Shown here in pieces: positions 8,988 to 21,388 of a stretch of 64,000 nucleotides of DNA. This DNA comes from Tolypothrix carrinoi HA7290-LM1 (lineage in GTDB: Bacteria; Cyanobacteriota; Cyanobacteriia; Cyanobacteriales; Nostocaceae). Position numbers and translations under genes: made by a program. The stretch spans positions 52,153 to 116,152 of the forward strand of contig JAHHIK010000008.1 in the NCBI GenBank assembly GCA_019358935.1. Reading direction: 5' to 3'. Under the pieces are notes generated by a model, which ran no database searches, was not told where the DNA came from, and saw only the letters and a program-made list of their open reading frames with translations. The first letter of the stretch is position 1, and each line of letters starts with the position of its first letter.

Positions 8988-11270
8988 TTGACAATGCAGT
9001 TGAACCCCAGAAACACCCATCCTGCTAAGAAAACTAAATCGATACCTCTGCGCTTGATTCTTGTCGTTCCCTTTGTGCTGCAAATCTTTGCGGCTGTGGG
9101 GTTGGTGGGATATCTTTCCTTTAAAAATGGGCAACAAGCAGTTAATGACCTGGCGAATCAGCTAATTGATAAAGCTAGTCAGCAAGTTGATGAACATTTA
9201 GCTATTTATCTAGCGTTACCACAGCAACTGAGTCAACTGAATGCGGATGCAATTTCCGCAGGACAACTCAATTTAAATAATCAAAGGGCAAACGAGCAAT
9301 ATCTCTGGCGACAAGCCAAAGCCTTTAAGGATATCACATACATCGGCTATGTGTTAACCGACGGCAGAGAAGCTGGAGCGGGACGCTGGATTAACGGTGT
9401 CGATCTGCTAGTCTACGAAAACTTAATTGGAGATGGCAAAGCGTCAGAATATATTGCGGATAACCGGGGAAACCGCGCTAAACTTTTGCAAAGCTATGAG
9501 TTTGATCCCTGGACGCAACAAGGCACTAAAGATGCAGCCCGATTAGGCAAACCTATTTGGGGTCCTATCTTTACGTTTGATCCGGGGAATGTAAAAATCA
9601 CTCAAGAAGGTAAGGCGCTACAAACCAAAAACTCAACTTCCAATAATGGATTTGAGTATTATGTCGGCTTACCTGCCAGATATCCAATCTACGATCAAAA
9701 TGGTAAACTGCTCGGTGTCATAGCCATTGATCTGCTACTGACGAATATCAGTGAGTTTCTTCATAGCATAAAAGTCAGTTCGTCTGGGCAAGTCTTCATC
9801 ATCGAGCGCGATGGAATGCTGGTTGGCAGTTCTAGTAAGCATTCCATCTTGCATAAAGTAAATGGAAAAGCAGAACGATTTAGTGTTCTTAAAAGTCCCG
9901 ATCCGTTGATTCGCAGTATTGCTAGTGAGTTGAAAAAAAGGTTTAAAAATTTTCAATCTATCCAGAAGAATCAAGAGCTTAACATCACCTTCAACGGAGA
10001 ACGTCAGTTTATACAAGTGACTCCGTGGCGAGATAAATATGGTTTAGACTGGCTCGTAGTTGTGACGATGCCAGAATCAGACTTCATGGCACAAATTAAC
10101 GCTAATACTCGCACAACCATCTTATTATGTTTGGCGGCATTGGCAGTTGCAATTCTATTAGGAATATATACAGCAAGCTGGATTACCAGTCCAATTCTAC
10201 GCTTGAGTCAAGCATCGTCAGCGATCGCCATTGGAAAACTGAATCAAATTGTCGAAGAAACTCAGGTTAACGAACTGAATATTCTTGCTCGTTCTTTTAA
10301 CAGAATGGCGCAGCAATTGCGAGATTATTTTGCAGCTTTAGAGACAACAAATCAACAACTAGAACAGACAAACGAAGTCTTAGAAGTTCGTGTTACTCAA
10401 AGGACAGAAGAACTTTCTCAAACACTCCACGAACTACAACAAATGCAAACTCAGTTAGTGCACAATGAAAAAATGTCAGCACTAGGGCAAATGGTTGCCG
10501 GAATAGCACATGAAATTAATAACCCAGTAAATTTTATCCACGGCAACCTTACCCACGTCAATCAGTATACGCAAGATATACTGCAAGTGCTTGAAGCATA
10601 TAAACAACATTATGCAAATCCGCCGAAATCACTTCAAGAATTACTTGATGAAATTGATATTCACTTTATTACCGAAGACTTAACTAAAATTCTTCAGTCG
10701 ATGAAAGTTGGTACAACTCGCATCCGGGAAATTGTCTTATCACTGCGAAGCTTTTCGCGTTTAGATGAAGCCGAATTCAAAAAAGCAGATATTCACGAAG
10801 GTATTGACAATACATTAATGATTTTACAGCACCGTTTCCAAGCACAAAATCACCAAAAAGAAATTCAAATTATTAAACAATACGGTAACTTGCCTTTAGT
10901 TGAATGCTATGCCGGACAATTAAATCAGGTATTGATGAACTTAATTGCAAATGCCATTGATGCACTAGAAGAAATAGAAGTAACTAATAATTTTCAAGTG
11001 CCGACAATTTGGATTCATACCCAACTAACAAATGAAAATAAGGTATTAATTTCCATTCGTGATAATGGCGTAGGTATTCCGGAGAACATTCGTACTAAAT
11101 TATTTAATCCTTTCTTTACTACTAAAGCTGTAGGCAAAGGAACTGGTTTAGGATTATCTATCAGCTATCAAATAGTAGTTGAAAAGCATCGCGGTAAATT
11201 ATGGTGTGATTCAATACTAGGTCAAGGTACAAAATTTGTGATTGAGATACCGTTAAAGCCAAATTTATAG
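8988..11270 (+). CDS. Membrane sensor histidine kinase (Cache-HAMP-HisKA-HATPase)
   Basis: Two TM segments, [14 protein letters not shown]-box, [30 protein letters not shown]. Confidence 0.95.
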   Translation: MTMQLNPRNTHPAKKTKSIPLRLILVVPFVLQIFAAVGLVGYLSFKNGQQAVNDLANQLIDKASQQVDEHLAIYLALPQQLSQLNADAISAGQLNLNNQRANEQYLWRQAKAFKDITYIGYVLTDGREAGAGRWINGVDLLVYENLIGDGKASEYIADNRGNRAKLLQSYEFDPWTQQGTKDAARLGKPIWGPIFTFDPGNVKITQEGKALQTKNSTSNNGFEYYVGLPARYPIYDQNGKLLGVIAIDLLLTNISEFLHSIKVSSSGQVFIIERDGMLVGSSSKHSILHKVNGKAERFSVLKSPDPLIRSIASELKKRFKNFQSIQKNQELNITFNGERQFIQVTPWRDKYGLDWLVVVTMPESDFMAQINANTRTTILLCLAALAVAILLGIYTASWITSPILRLSQASSAIAIGKLNQIVEETQVNELNILARSFNRMAQQLRDYFAALETTNQQLEQTNEVLEVRVTQRTEELSQTLHELQQMQTQLVHNEKMSALGQMVAGIAHEINNPVNFIHGNLTHVNQYTQDILQVLEAYKQHYANPPKSLQELLDEIDIHFITEDLTKILQSMKVGTTRIREIVLSLRSFSRLDEAEFKKADIHEGIDNTLMILQHRFQAQNHQKEIQIIKQYGNLPLVECYAGQLNQVLMNLIANAIDALEEIEVTNNFQVPTIWIHTQLTNENKVLISIRDNGVGIPENIRTKLFNPFFTTKAVGKGTGLGLSISYQIVVEKHRGKLWCDSILGQGTKFVIEIPLKPNL

Positions 11271-11386
11271 GGAAAATTGTAAGAGTGCGTAGACGCAGAG
11301 ACGCTTGTCGCAAAATATCGCTTGAGTTCAAAAAAGCGATATCATAGTATTAACGTAACTATTAAAAATAACAACTGCATCCAAAA

Positions 11387-11557
11387 ATGGAAAAATTACT
11401 TAACATCCATATTGAAAAATTACCAGAAGGTGTTTATTTAGCAACATCAGATGAGCTTCAAGGTTTAGTCGCTCAAGGACGGACGGTTGCTGAAACTTTA
11501 GAAATTGCCCGTGATGTAGCGCGTAAGTTATTGGAAGCACAATCTCAGGATGAATAA
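11387..11557 (+). CDS. HicB-like (DUF1902-type) antitoxin, short or truncated, 56 aa (not in the ORF track)
   Basis: Manual translation MEKLLNIHIEKLPEGVYLATSDELQGLVAQGRTVAETLEIARDVARKLLEAQSQDE*; fits the HicB N-terminal pattern. Confidence 0.7.
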   Translation: MEKLLNIHIEKLPEGVYLATSDELQGLVAQGRTVAETLEIARDVARKLLEAQSQDE

Positions 11558-11838
11558 TCTGTTATTCAGTAGATTCATTGTATGTAGTGGGATTGTGTGA
11601 GCCTTATTTTCGCTCATGATTTTTTGGGAATAAATATAATTATAAAAAAGCTCAGAATACGAAAAATAGGAATAATAAGTAACGTAAAAATTAAAAGAGT
11701 GCGATCGCATGCTTTATCAGGATATATAATCTCTTGTTTTAAGACACCATTGTGATTTGGGTCATTGATTGTGATGTACTTTTTGTATGTGGTCATTTAA
11801 ATCTTGCTGCATTTCTTATTTATATATTAATCGTGTAA

Positions 11839-12591
11839 TCATATCTTGCGGTTATCTTTGGTTTCAAGGTTCTCTGCTAGATAAAGCATCATCTTTGTCA
11901 AGCTACTATATTCTTTGGAAATATCTGCGTCTTCTGTTAATTTGGCAAACACTGGAGATGTTTCTTGTTGTATATTTTCACCAATCACTAAATAATAATC
12001 TTCTTGAAGAAAGGCAGAGGGCAGGAGGCAGAAGGCAGAAGGAGCAATCGGATGGGGATTCAAACCCCAACCGATTGAATCCACCGTGTAGACGGTGGGG
12101 TTTTATACCCAGTTGGCTCCAGCCAGAAGGCTGAATCAAAGACATAATTTATACCTTCTGCCCTCTGCCCTCTGCCTTCTGCCTTCCGCCGAAGGCGGAT
12201 AATCAATATTTTGAAACAGAGGAAACCAATTGACATTCCAAATATCTTTAGCATCCCAGCCAAAGTCTTCACCAAGGTTTTCGGCTTCTTCTTTAGCATC
12301 TTCAATTAATTCATCATATTTATCTAGTGCAGCTTCTAAAGAAAGAAATGTCAGACCGTCAAAAAATCCTGCTCTCTCTTCTTCTCCGTAATAAGTTCCA
12401 TTTCGCCATTGATAAAGCTTATAAACTTCTTTAGGTAAGCGAAAAGGTAGGTCTGTAACTCGTCTTTCAATCTCCTCATGAGTAAGTCCTGGTTCTAGAA
12501 CTTCCACAGAGGCATAGTTATCAGATGGGTGTTGTCGCCACCAATTTACAATTCTTTCCAAAGCTTCTGTTAACGCTGACATCAGATACAA
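11839..12591 (-). pseudogene. SMI1/KNR4-family gene interrupted by a 198-bp insertion
   Basis: LEPGLTHEEI..LPFRLPKEVYKLYQWRNG..FLSLE..WFPLF; the C-terminal half (YYLVIGENIQQETSPV..) is in the same frame beyond the insertion. Confidence 0.85.
12001..12198. mobile_element. MITE-like insertion with (GGCAGAA/G)n inverted heptamer arms and 6-bp target-site duplication ATAATC
   Basis: ATAATC at 11995-12000 and 12199-12204; removal restores a continuous frame; internal hairpins. Confidence 0.75.
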
Positions 12592-12762
12592 AGATTTATA
12601 GTTAGATAAAAATTTAGTTATTTCTAGATTAGCTTCTCTAATCCTCTATGTAAGAGTGCGGTTTCCACAAAAAAAGCGCGATACTCCTCCAGAGTCGCTG
12701 CGCGATCGCCTTTATGCTGTCTATTCCTGTAAAATTCCTAAAGTTAATCTATTTCAGCATTC

Positions 12763-12948
12763 ATGGAGCCAACAGAAGCACAATATCTCGTCCTCAATGC
12801 TTTAGAAACTTTAGGACTCCTTGAGGGTATGTTTTATGATGAGGAAAGGGGATTTTACTACATCACCACTCCTAGCCGCGTTTTACCTACAGCACTCCTC
12901 TTGCAAAATGGCGAGATAGCTCCTATTTCTTGGGCATCAGAACTATGA
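12763..12948 (+). CDS. Small hypothetical protein
   Basis: 61-aa ATG ORF; its stop overlaps the next ATG (ATGA at 12945-12948). Confidence 0.6.
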   Translation: MEPTEAQYLVLNALETLGLLEGMFYDEERGFYYITTPSRVLPTALLLQNGEIAPISWASEL

Positions 12949-13139
12949 AAGAACCAACATTATTAGAAAAGCAAAAATATCAAAGACTGAGAGAAATTTT
13001 TGCCCAAGCTAGACAGCGATATCTAGAAGCCGGTGGCGATCCTCGCCATCCCGCCGACAACCGTTACTTAACTGATGAAGAGAAAAAAGAAGCCTTTGAA
13101 TTAGGAGCGCAAGTTTTTAACACTCAAACAAAATCTTAA
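12945..13139 (+). CDS. Small hypothetical protein
   Basis: MKEPTLLEKQKYQRL..; translationally coupled by the ATGA overlap. Confidence 0.6.
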   Translation: MKEPTLLEKQKYQRLREIFAQARQRYLEAGGDPRHPADNRYLTDEEKKEAFELGAQVFNTQTKS

Positions 13140-13217
13140 TCTTAAATTAGTCCATACCCTCTCCTCCTCTTCCTTCGCGCCCTTCGCGCCTTTGCGGTTC
13201 GTTTCTCTTCCTCCTCA

Positions 13218-13259
13218 CAAAAAAAACAGCCGCCTCCCGCAGGAGACAGCCGTCAAAAA
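13218..13259 (-). terminator. Rho-independent terminator of groESL
   Basis: Minus strand gacggctgtctcc-tgc-gggaggcggctgtt followed by a T tract. Confidence 0.8.
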
Positions 13260-13277
13260 TAAGGGGGTTAATAAACC

Positions 13278-14927
<1,650 letters not shown>

Positions 14928-14964
14928 TCAACCTGCTATTTGTAAATTTGTTAATTGTTGGTGA

Positions 14965-15126
14965 TTGGTAATTGGTAATTGGGCATGGGGCATTGGGCAT
15001 TGGGCATTGGGCATTGGGCATTGGGCATTGGTAATAATTCTTTTTAAGCGTCCCCATTTTCCATTCCCCATTTTCCATGCCCCATGCCCTATGCCCCATG
15101 CCCTATGCCCCATTTTCCATTCCCCA
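14965..15126. repeat. Inverted STRR arrays (GGGCATT)n ... (ATGCCCC)n between groES and groEL
   Basis: 7-bp tandem units in inverted arrangement. Confidence 0.9.
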
Positions 15127-15438
15127 TTAGCTAACTACCGCTAAAATGTCTTTTTCTGAAAGCAGGACATACTCGTCAGTGCCGAGTTTGATGTCGGTAC
15201 CGGCGTACTTAGAGTACAGCACCTTGTCACCGACTTTTACATCCAATGCTTGACGACCACCGTCGTCTTTGAGCTTGCCATCACCGACAGCTACCACTTC
15301 GCCTACTTGGGGCTTTTCTTTGGCTGTGTCGGGCAAATACAGACCACCTGCGGTCTTTTCTTCAGAGGCGCTCACTTTTACAAAAACGCGATCGCCTAAA
15401 GGTTTTACAGTAGAAACGCTTAGAGATACAGCTGCCAT
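15127..15438 (-). CDS. groES: Co-chaperonin GroES
   Basis: [40 protein letters not shown]. Confidence 0.99.
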   Translation of the reverse strand: MAAVSLSVSTVKPLGDRVFVKVSASEEKTAGGLYLPDTAKEKPQVGEVVAVGDGKLKDDGGRQALDVKVGDKVLYSKYAGTDIKLGTDEYVLLSEKDILAVVS

Positions 15439-15457
15439 ACGAATTTCTCGCCTCTTA

Positions 15458-15484
15458 TTAGCACTCTCGACTCCTGAGTGCTAA
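15458..15484. promoter_or_regulatory. CIRCE element (HrcA operator)
   Basis: Perfect TTAGCACTC-N9-GAGTGCTAA upstream of groES; overlaps a minus-strand TTGCCA-N18-TACATT promoter. Confidence 0.97.
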
Positions 15485-15523
15485 TGTACCTAACTGCGGT
15501 ATGCAATGGCAATAAATTTGTTT

Positions 15524-15539
15524 GTACGGGTTCCCGAAC
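15524..15539 (-). promoter_or_regulatory. K-box of the cyanobacterial groESL promoter
   Basis: Minus strand GTTCGG-GAAC-CCGTAC fits the GTTCGG-NNAN-CCNNAC consensus. Confidence 0.8.
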
Positions 15540-15698
15540 TAAGCAACCAAAGTTATACTTAAGTACAAATACTCAATTATTTTTTGTTTACCGGGTTTTG
15601 TTTTGCAAGTTACGAATATTTTTATATAGTCAAATTTATTTGCTTGCGTTGAAAAATTGATATAGAACAGTAATCAGGGAGCCGCTTAACGAGTAACA

Positions 15699-16125
15699 AT
15701 GAGTAGATCCAGTCTTGGTGTGAAAATCCCAAAAACCACTTCTGTTCTGGGCAATAAACCTTAAGAAATTGTGTAAAAACTTTAGGACTGGCAAAAAATT
15801 CAGCCACATGTTTTTATATGCGCTGACCAGATAGTTCTAAAAAGCTACACAAAACAAGCTAATCTGGAATCTTGGGAACATTTGCTTGTTCGATTGCAAA
15901 AGCTCAAACTTGACCAGCCGCAAGACAAATATCCCACTTGCATTTCACTTGACCCAAACCAACTGCTTGCGAGTTTGTTGTTCTAGACCGATAATGGTGG
16001 TTTACCCGGATGGTGTCTGGTATCGCCTACGTTACCCCGGAAGTCCCGGAAAGCGGCTTAATCAAGGACACTTGATAGGCAATATGGTGGTGGAATATGC
16101 ATTTTTGACCCAACATATGCTTTGA
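15699..16125 (+). pseudogene. Frameshifted thioredoxin-like [2Fe-2S] ferredoxin
   Basis: Pieces in different frames: CVKTLGL / HVFICADQ..LESWEHL..LQKLKLD / NCLRVC..PIMVVYPDGVWYR..HLIGN. Confidence 0.8.
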
Positions 16126-16472
16126 AACTTCCTTTGAAAATGAGCGAACATCCACTGGATATGAAACAGCAGTCAGCATAATTAAAGCGCTTGGTTGGTT
16201 TTTAGATAGGGCGATCGAACTTCAATACCTACGTGTGAACGCAAAAGATTATTATTTAATCAGTGTTTTCCACCAGCCACGTACAAAGCGATCTATAATA
16301 GCGCATTATATAACTACTGCTCTACGTATCCTTACTGGAGTTTTGCCCTTGAAAGTTCAATATCACAAAAGTGAAAATCGCTTTTGTGACATCGCTTAAG
16401 CAAAGGCAAGTTAAGTGGGAAAAAAAGGACAACATCTCAATAATCCACCATAGAGGATAACTAATCAAGACC

Positions 16473-17153
16473 TTGATGGACCCAAGCGCGACAAGTGCCA
16501 CTGCTATGAAAGAGCCCAGCATGAAAGATCACAAAAGACTTCTACTGATTGATGATGACCCTAACCTCATCTTGCTGGTGAAGGACTACTTGGAATTCCG
16601 GGGATATGAAGTCATCACTGGGGAAAATGGTCGGGAAGCTCTGGAAATTTTAGAGCAGGATATCCCTGACATGATCATCTGCGACGTGATGATGCCGGAA
16701 ATGGACGGATATACTTTTGTTGAACAAGTCCGGCAAAACGAACGCACTAGCTGGATTCCCGTTCTTTTCCTTTCTGCGAAAGGTCAAAGTGCCGACAGAG
16801 TTAAAGGATTAAATAAGGGTGCTGACGTCTACATGGTCAAACCTTTTGAACCCGAAGAACTCGTTGCCCAAGTTGAATCTTCGCTCAAACAAACTATCCG
16901 CTGGAAAGAACACCAAGCAAAAGGAGGAGAAAACGGTTCCCGCATTCAAGTTCCCTTCGATGTGCAGCTAACTCCAACCGAACTGAAAGTAGTTCAGTTT
17001 GTTGCTAGGGGTTTAGCTAATCGGGAAATCGCTGAAGAACTAAACGTCAGTCAGCGCACCGTTGAAAGCCACGTTTCCAATATGTTGGGCAAAACCAATT
17101 TGCACAACCGTACTGAATTAGCGCGGTGGGCAATTGAAAATCAAATGGCGTAA
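16473..17153 (+). CDS. NarL/LuxR-family response regulator
   Basis: REC domain (LLIDDD, CDVMMPEMDG, KPF) plus LuxR HTH (LTPTELKVVQFVARGLANREIA..TVESHVSN); the true start may be 16506 or 16521. Confidence 0.95.
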   Translation: MMDPSATSATAMKEPSMKDHKRLLLIDDDPNLILLVKDYLEFRGYEVITGENGREALEILEQDIPDMIICDVMMPEMDGYTFVEQVRQNERTSWIPVLFLSAKGQSADRVKGLNKGADVYMVKPFEPEELVAQVESSLKQTIRWKEHQAKGGENGSRIQVPFDVQLTPTELKVVQFVARGLANREIAEELNVSQRTVESHVSNMLGKTNLHNRTELARWAIENQMA

Positions 17154-17298
17154 TAACCATTTGAGATTTAATAGAAGAATCTGAGGGGAGAAAATCTCCA
17201 CTCAGAACTTCAAAGAGAGTGCGATCGCCAATCTCAAATTTCAATTTCTTTTTCGAGATTATAGCCATTTTCTTTGGAAATGGCTTTTTGCCTAATTT

Positions 17299-18198
17299 TT
17301 GAGACTTACTCCGCACAACTTCAATATTTTGATTAGTGACGCTAATAACGCGCTGCTGTCTGTTCTTCCTGAAGTGCCAATTGCTTCAAGTCAGGCAACA
17401 GGCTGGGATAAAATTCAGCTTGCACACTACCGTCAACCTCCTCACATACTTCCGGAAATTAGTTCCCCACATCATACTATTTGCATTAATATTGGCGCTT
17501 GTGTCTTATTAGAGCATGTGGTTGATGGGCATATAAAGACAATTTATTCAGAAACGGGTGATATTGGTTTATATCCAGCTAACTTCAAGCAAAGCGTTCA
17601 GTGGGATAGAGAAACCGAATTTTTGCAACTTTATCTGGAACCAACACTGCCGATCGCTGTTAGTTACGAATCTTTTGGATGCGATCGCATCGAGATACCA
17701 CCACAACTGACGTTTTTCGACCCGTTGATTTATCATATAGGGTTGGCGCTCTTGACGGCATTGGAAACAGATGGTGTACAAAGTCGTCTTTATGCTGAGT
17801 GTATGGCTAATGCATTGGCGGTTCATTTAGTGTCTCGCTACTCGACACGAGAACGCGCCATTCCGGATTTTGTCCTGGGAGTATCCCCGCGAAATTTTCA
17901 GCAGGTTATTGACTATATTAACGACCATCTAGAGCATAATTTGAGCTTGGCTGAACTGGCAAATATAGTTCAACTGAGTTCTTATCATTTTGCCCATTTG
18001 TTCAAACAAACCACGGGAGTTTCACCGCATCAATATCATATTCGTTGCCGAATTCAGCGTGCCAAACAGTTGCTTCTAACAAAAAAAATGACGATCGCAC
18101 AAGTTGCTTATGCTGTGGGTTTTGCTAGTCAGGGACATCTCAACTATCATTTTAAACGCTTAGTTGGCATGACCCCGAAAGCATTTTTGCGGCAATAG
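17299..18198 (+). CDS. AraC-family transcriptional regulator
   Basis: C-terminal YINDHLEHNLSLAELA..HFAHLFKQTTG..VGFASQGHLNYHFKRLVGMTP. Confidence 0.95.
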   Translation: MRLTPHNFNILISDANNALLSVLPEVPIASSQATGWDKIQLAHYRQPPHILPEISSPHHTICINIGACVLLEHVVDGHIKTIYSETGDIGLYPANFKQSVQWDRETEFLQLYLEPTLPIAVSYESFGCDRIEIPPQLTFFDPLIYHIGLALLTALETDGVQSRLYAECMANALAVHLVSRYSTRERAIPDFVLGVSPRNFQQVIDYINDHLEHNLSLAELANIVQLSSYHFAHLFKQTTGVSPHQYHIRCRIQRAKQLLLTKKMTIAQVAYAVGFASQGHLNYHFKRLVGMTPKAFLRQ

Positions 18199-18228
18199 CA
18201 AGAACTTGGAAAACAAACGCAAGAACTT
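18198..18228 (+). promoter_or_regulatory. Putative AraC-type tandem binding site
   Basis: GCAAGAACTT direct repeat at 18198 and 18219 (21-bp period) upstream of the SnoaL-like gene. Confidence 0.5.
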
Positions 18229-18297
18229 TGAAGACAGCAGTTTGTTTCACTCCTGATACTGAATTAAGAATTCTGATTCAGGTAAAAGGAGATTTTC

Positions 18298-18732
18298 ATG
18301 TCTACATTAAGCGAACAAAACAAAGCGATCGCTCTGCGTTTTGCTAAGGAAGCATGGGGAAATGTTGCTCTGTGGGATCAAGTTTGGGATGAATTGGTGG
18401 CATCCGATATGATATGGTACTTTTGCGGTTGGTCCCAAGCGATTCGTGGAAGTAAAGCTAAGGAATTTTACGCCGATTTGTACCAAAGTTTCCCAGATAT
18501 CGAACTTGTGAGTGTGGAGAATGCGATCGCTGAAAATGATAAAGTTGCCTTTCGCTCTACCATAAAAGGCACACATAAAGGTGAATTTATGGGAATTCCC
18601 CCAACCGGAAAATCGATAAGTGCAAGCGATCTGAATCTCTTCCGCATATCTGAAGGTAAAATTGTCGAATGGTGGTATGAATTGAATTTGCTAGAAGTGA
18701 TGAAGCAAATCGGCGTAATATCTGACTTATAA
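18298..18732 (+). CDS. SnoaL-like ester cyclase family protein
   Basis: EQNKAIALRF, FPDI, GTHKGEFMGIPPTGK, FRISEGKIVEWW; AGGAGA RBS. Confidence 0.92.
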   Translation: MSTLSEQNKAIALRFAKEAWGNVALWDQVWDELVASDMIWYFCGWSQAIRGSKAKEFYADLYQSFPDIELVSVENAIAENDKVAFRSTIKGTHKGEFMGIPPTGKSISASDLNLFRISEGKIVEWWYELNLLEVMKQIGVISDL

Positions 18733-18734
18733 CA

Positions 18735-18767
18735 AGAAACCCGGTTTCTCTAAGAAACCGGGTTTCT
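18735..18767. repeat. Palindromic dispersed repeat / bidirectional terminator
   Basis: agaaacccggtttct-cta-agaaaccgggtttct between convergent genes; second copy at about 44755-44783. Confidence 0.7.
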
Positions 18768-18770
18768 AAA

Positions 18771-20162
18771 TTAAAACTCAGCACTTTGCGGTGTTCTCGG
18801 AAATGGAATTACATCGCGAATATTCCCCATCCCCGTCATGAATTGCACCAAGCGTTCAAAACCCAAGCCAAAACCAGCATGGGGAACGGTTCCATAACGA
18901 CGCAAATCGAGATACCACCACAAATCTTCTGGCTGCATTCCTTGCGCTAAAATCCGCTTTTCCAACACATCTAAACGTTCTTCACGTTGCGAACCACCGA
19001 TAATTTCGCCTATTTTCGGTGCGAGTATATCCATCGCTCGCACTGTTTTTTCATCATCGCTCAAGCGCATATAAAACGCTTTGATTTTCGCTGGATAATC
19101 GGACACAATGACGGGCTTTTTGAATAACTGTTCGGCTAGATAACGTTCGTGTTCTGATTGTAAATCTAAACCCCAACTTACCGGATATTCAAACTTGACA
19201 TCAGCTTTTTCTAATAGGGAAATTGCTTCTGTATAAGTTAAACGCTGGAATTCATTATTAATAATATTTTCTGCCGTTGCCAGCACTGTATCATCAATTC
19301 TTTGATTAAAAAATTCCATATCTTCCGGGCAAGTTTCCAACACATATTTGAAAACGTGTTTGAGAAACGCTTCGGCTAAATCCATATCCCCTTCTAAATC
19401 GCAAAATGCCATTTCTGGCTCAACCATCCAAAATTCGGCTAAATGGCGCGATGTGTTAGAATTTTCCGCACGGAAGGTGGGACCGAAGGTATAAACGTTA
19501 CTAAAAGCCATCGCCATGACTTCGGCTTCTAATTGACCGCTTACTGTTAGGTATGTTGGTCTGCCAAAAAAGTCTTGAGCGTAGTCTACGGCGTTATTCT
19601 CGGTGCGGGGAATGTCTTTTAGGTTCAAACCGGTGACGTTGAAAAGTTCCCCCGCTCCTTCGCAATCGCTAGCGGTGATGATGGGTGTGTGTACCCACAA
19701 AAAGCCGCGTTCTTGGAAAAATTGATGAATTGCGGTTGCACAAGCGTTTCTGACGCGGAAAACTGCACCAAAGGAATTGGTACGCGATCGCAAGTGTCCA
19801 ATTGTCCGCAAAAACTCATAAGAATGGCGTTTCTTTTGCAGCGGGTAAGTTTCGGGATCGGCTTCACCGTAGACTTTCACCATTTCGGCTTTCAACTCAA
19901 TTCGCTGTCCTTTACCTTGGGAAGGAACTAGTACCCCTGTTACTTCAACCGAAGCACCTGTATTCAGCTTTTTAATGATAGCCTCATAATCTGGCAAATC
20001 TTGATTCATCACGACTTGCAAACTAGCCAGCGATGAACCATCATTAACTTCGATAAAAGAAAATCCTTTCAACTCGCGTTTTGTCCGTACCCAGCCTTGA
20101 ATTAAAAGAGATTCATCAGGTTGACCACTTCGCAATATTTCTGCTATCCGTCGCTTTACCAT
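18771..20162 (-). CDS. asnS: Asparagine--tRNA ligase
   Basis: [54 protein letters not shown]. Confidence 0.99.
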   Translation of the reverse strand: MVKRRIAEILRSGQPDESLLIQGWVRTKRELKGFSFIEVNDGSSLASLQVVMNQDLPDYEAIIKKLNTGASVEVTGVLVPSQGKGQRIELKAEMVKVYGEADPETYPLQKKRHSYEFLRTIGHLRSRTNSFGAVFRVRNACATAIHQFFQERGFLWVHTPIITASDCEGAGELFNVTGLNLKDIPRTENNAVDYAQDFFGRPTYLTVSGQLEAEVMAMAFSNVYTFGPTFRAENSNTSRHLAEFWMVEPEMAFCDLEGDMDLAEAFLKHVFKYVLETCPEDMEFFNQRIDDTVLATAENIINNEFQRLTYTEAISLLEKADVKFEYPVSWGLDLQSEHERYLAEQLFKKPVIVSDYPAKIKAFYMRLSDDEKTVRAMDILAPKIGEIIGGSQREERLDVLEKRILAQGMQPEDLWWYLDLRRYGTVPHAGFGLGFERLVQFMTGMGNIRDVIPFPRTPQSAEF

Positions 20163-20386
20163 AGTCTTTATACAAGAAGAAAATTTAGTATAGCAATTTT
20201 ACATTTTAGACTCGTTCCCAGGCTAACTACATGAAAACAGCCAAGGGAGCAACGGATTTTAGATTGTCCATGAATCCGTCTTGAAAAGCTTTGATGCCTT
20301 CGGCAACCCTTTCAGGGAACGGAGGAAACCTCCGCTCAAACTTTTCGCAAAATCCAAAATCCAAAATCTAAAATCCAAAATCGACA

Positions 20387-20746
20387 TTACCCAACATAGG
20401 ACTTTAATATCCAGCCTATGATAACGCCCAATCCACCAAAGCGGATGATTTGCCAAAAAGGTTTTTTGACGCTTTTCCAAGAAAATAACTGACTTTCTAA
20501 GCTAACTTCTAGCACTTCTAACTGCTGTTTGATGTGCTTTAACTCAGCTTTCATTTCTGGAGTGTGATGTTTATTTTTATTAAGTTCTTGGCGGCGTTTT
20601 TCATATTCTGCCTTGGAGATGCGATCGCGTTGCACTTGCGTGTAGCGTTCTTTCAAGTCAACAAGCGATCGCTCTAAGAACAATAGTTCTTCTTCAAATT
20701 CTAACTCTTGATTTGACTCTGGTGGCGGTTGTTTAGGCGGCTTCAT
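20387..20746 (-). CDS. Conserved hypothetical coiled-coil protein with C-terminal membrane anchor
   Basis: Coiled coil followed by FWQIIRFGGLGVIIGWIL. Confidence 0.8.
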   Translation of the reverse strand: MKPPKQPPPESNQELEFEEELLFLERSLVDLKERYTQVQRDRISKAEYEKRRQELNKNKHHTPEMKAELKHIKQQLEVLEVSLESQLFSWKSVKKPFWQIIRFGGLGVIIGWILKSYVG

Positions 20747-20900
20747 TTACAGGTAGTACACTAATAGTCAATAGTCAATGGTCAACTGTCAACTGTCAAA
20801 GGTCAATGGTCAATGGTCAATTAACTATAGACTCTTGACTATGGACTCTTGACTCTTTGGACTTTGGACTATCAACTCAGCACTCCTCGCACTTAATATC

Positions 20901-21176
20901 ATGTCCCAATCGACCCAACTGCCTAAAACCAGTCAATTAGATGAATTAAGCACTTTAGAATTAGCACAAGCTCTCATGGAGAGGTTGAGCATTTCTCCTA
21001 ACGATTGGCATCGCCTTAAGTCTAACCGCAATTCTCGCGCCAGTGAACAAGCCGCCGCCGCTCTTGTGTTTCTCCTCAAAAATCAGCCTACTGAAGCTCT
21101 TGCTAGATTAGAACAAGCATCTGGTTGGTTAGATCGCTCTATTTCCGCACCACCTTGTCCGAGTCACGGGAAATAA
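20901..21176 (+). CDS. Conserved cyanobacterial hypothetical protein
   Basis: [32 protein letters not shown]. Confidence 0.8.
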   Translation: MSQSTQLPKTSQLDELSTLELAQALMERLSISPNDWHRLKSNRNSRASEQAAAALVFLLKNQPTEALARLEQASGWLDRSISAPPCPSHGK

Positions 21177-21385
21177 GACAGGGAGACAAGGGGACAGGGG
21201 GACAAGGGGGACAAGGGGGACAAGGAGGACAAGGAGGACAAGGGGGACAAGGAGGACAAGGGGGACATGGAGACTTGGAGGACTTGGAGACTTGGGGGAA
21301 TTTCTTCCCCTGCTCCCCCTGCTCCCCCTGCTCCCCCTGCTCCCCCTGCTCCCCCTGTTCCCCCTCTCCTTGTCTCCCCCACTTT
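21176..21385. repeat. Purine-rich (GGGGGACAA)n then pyrimidine-rich (CCCCTGCTC)n 9-mer arrays between convergent genes
   Basis: Direct inspection. Confidence 0.9.
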
Positions 21386-21388
21386 CCT

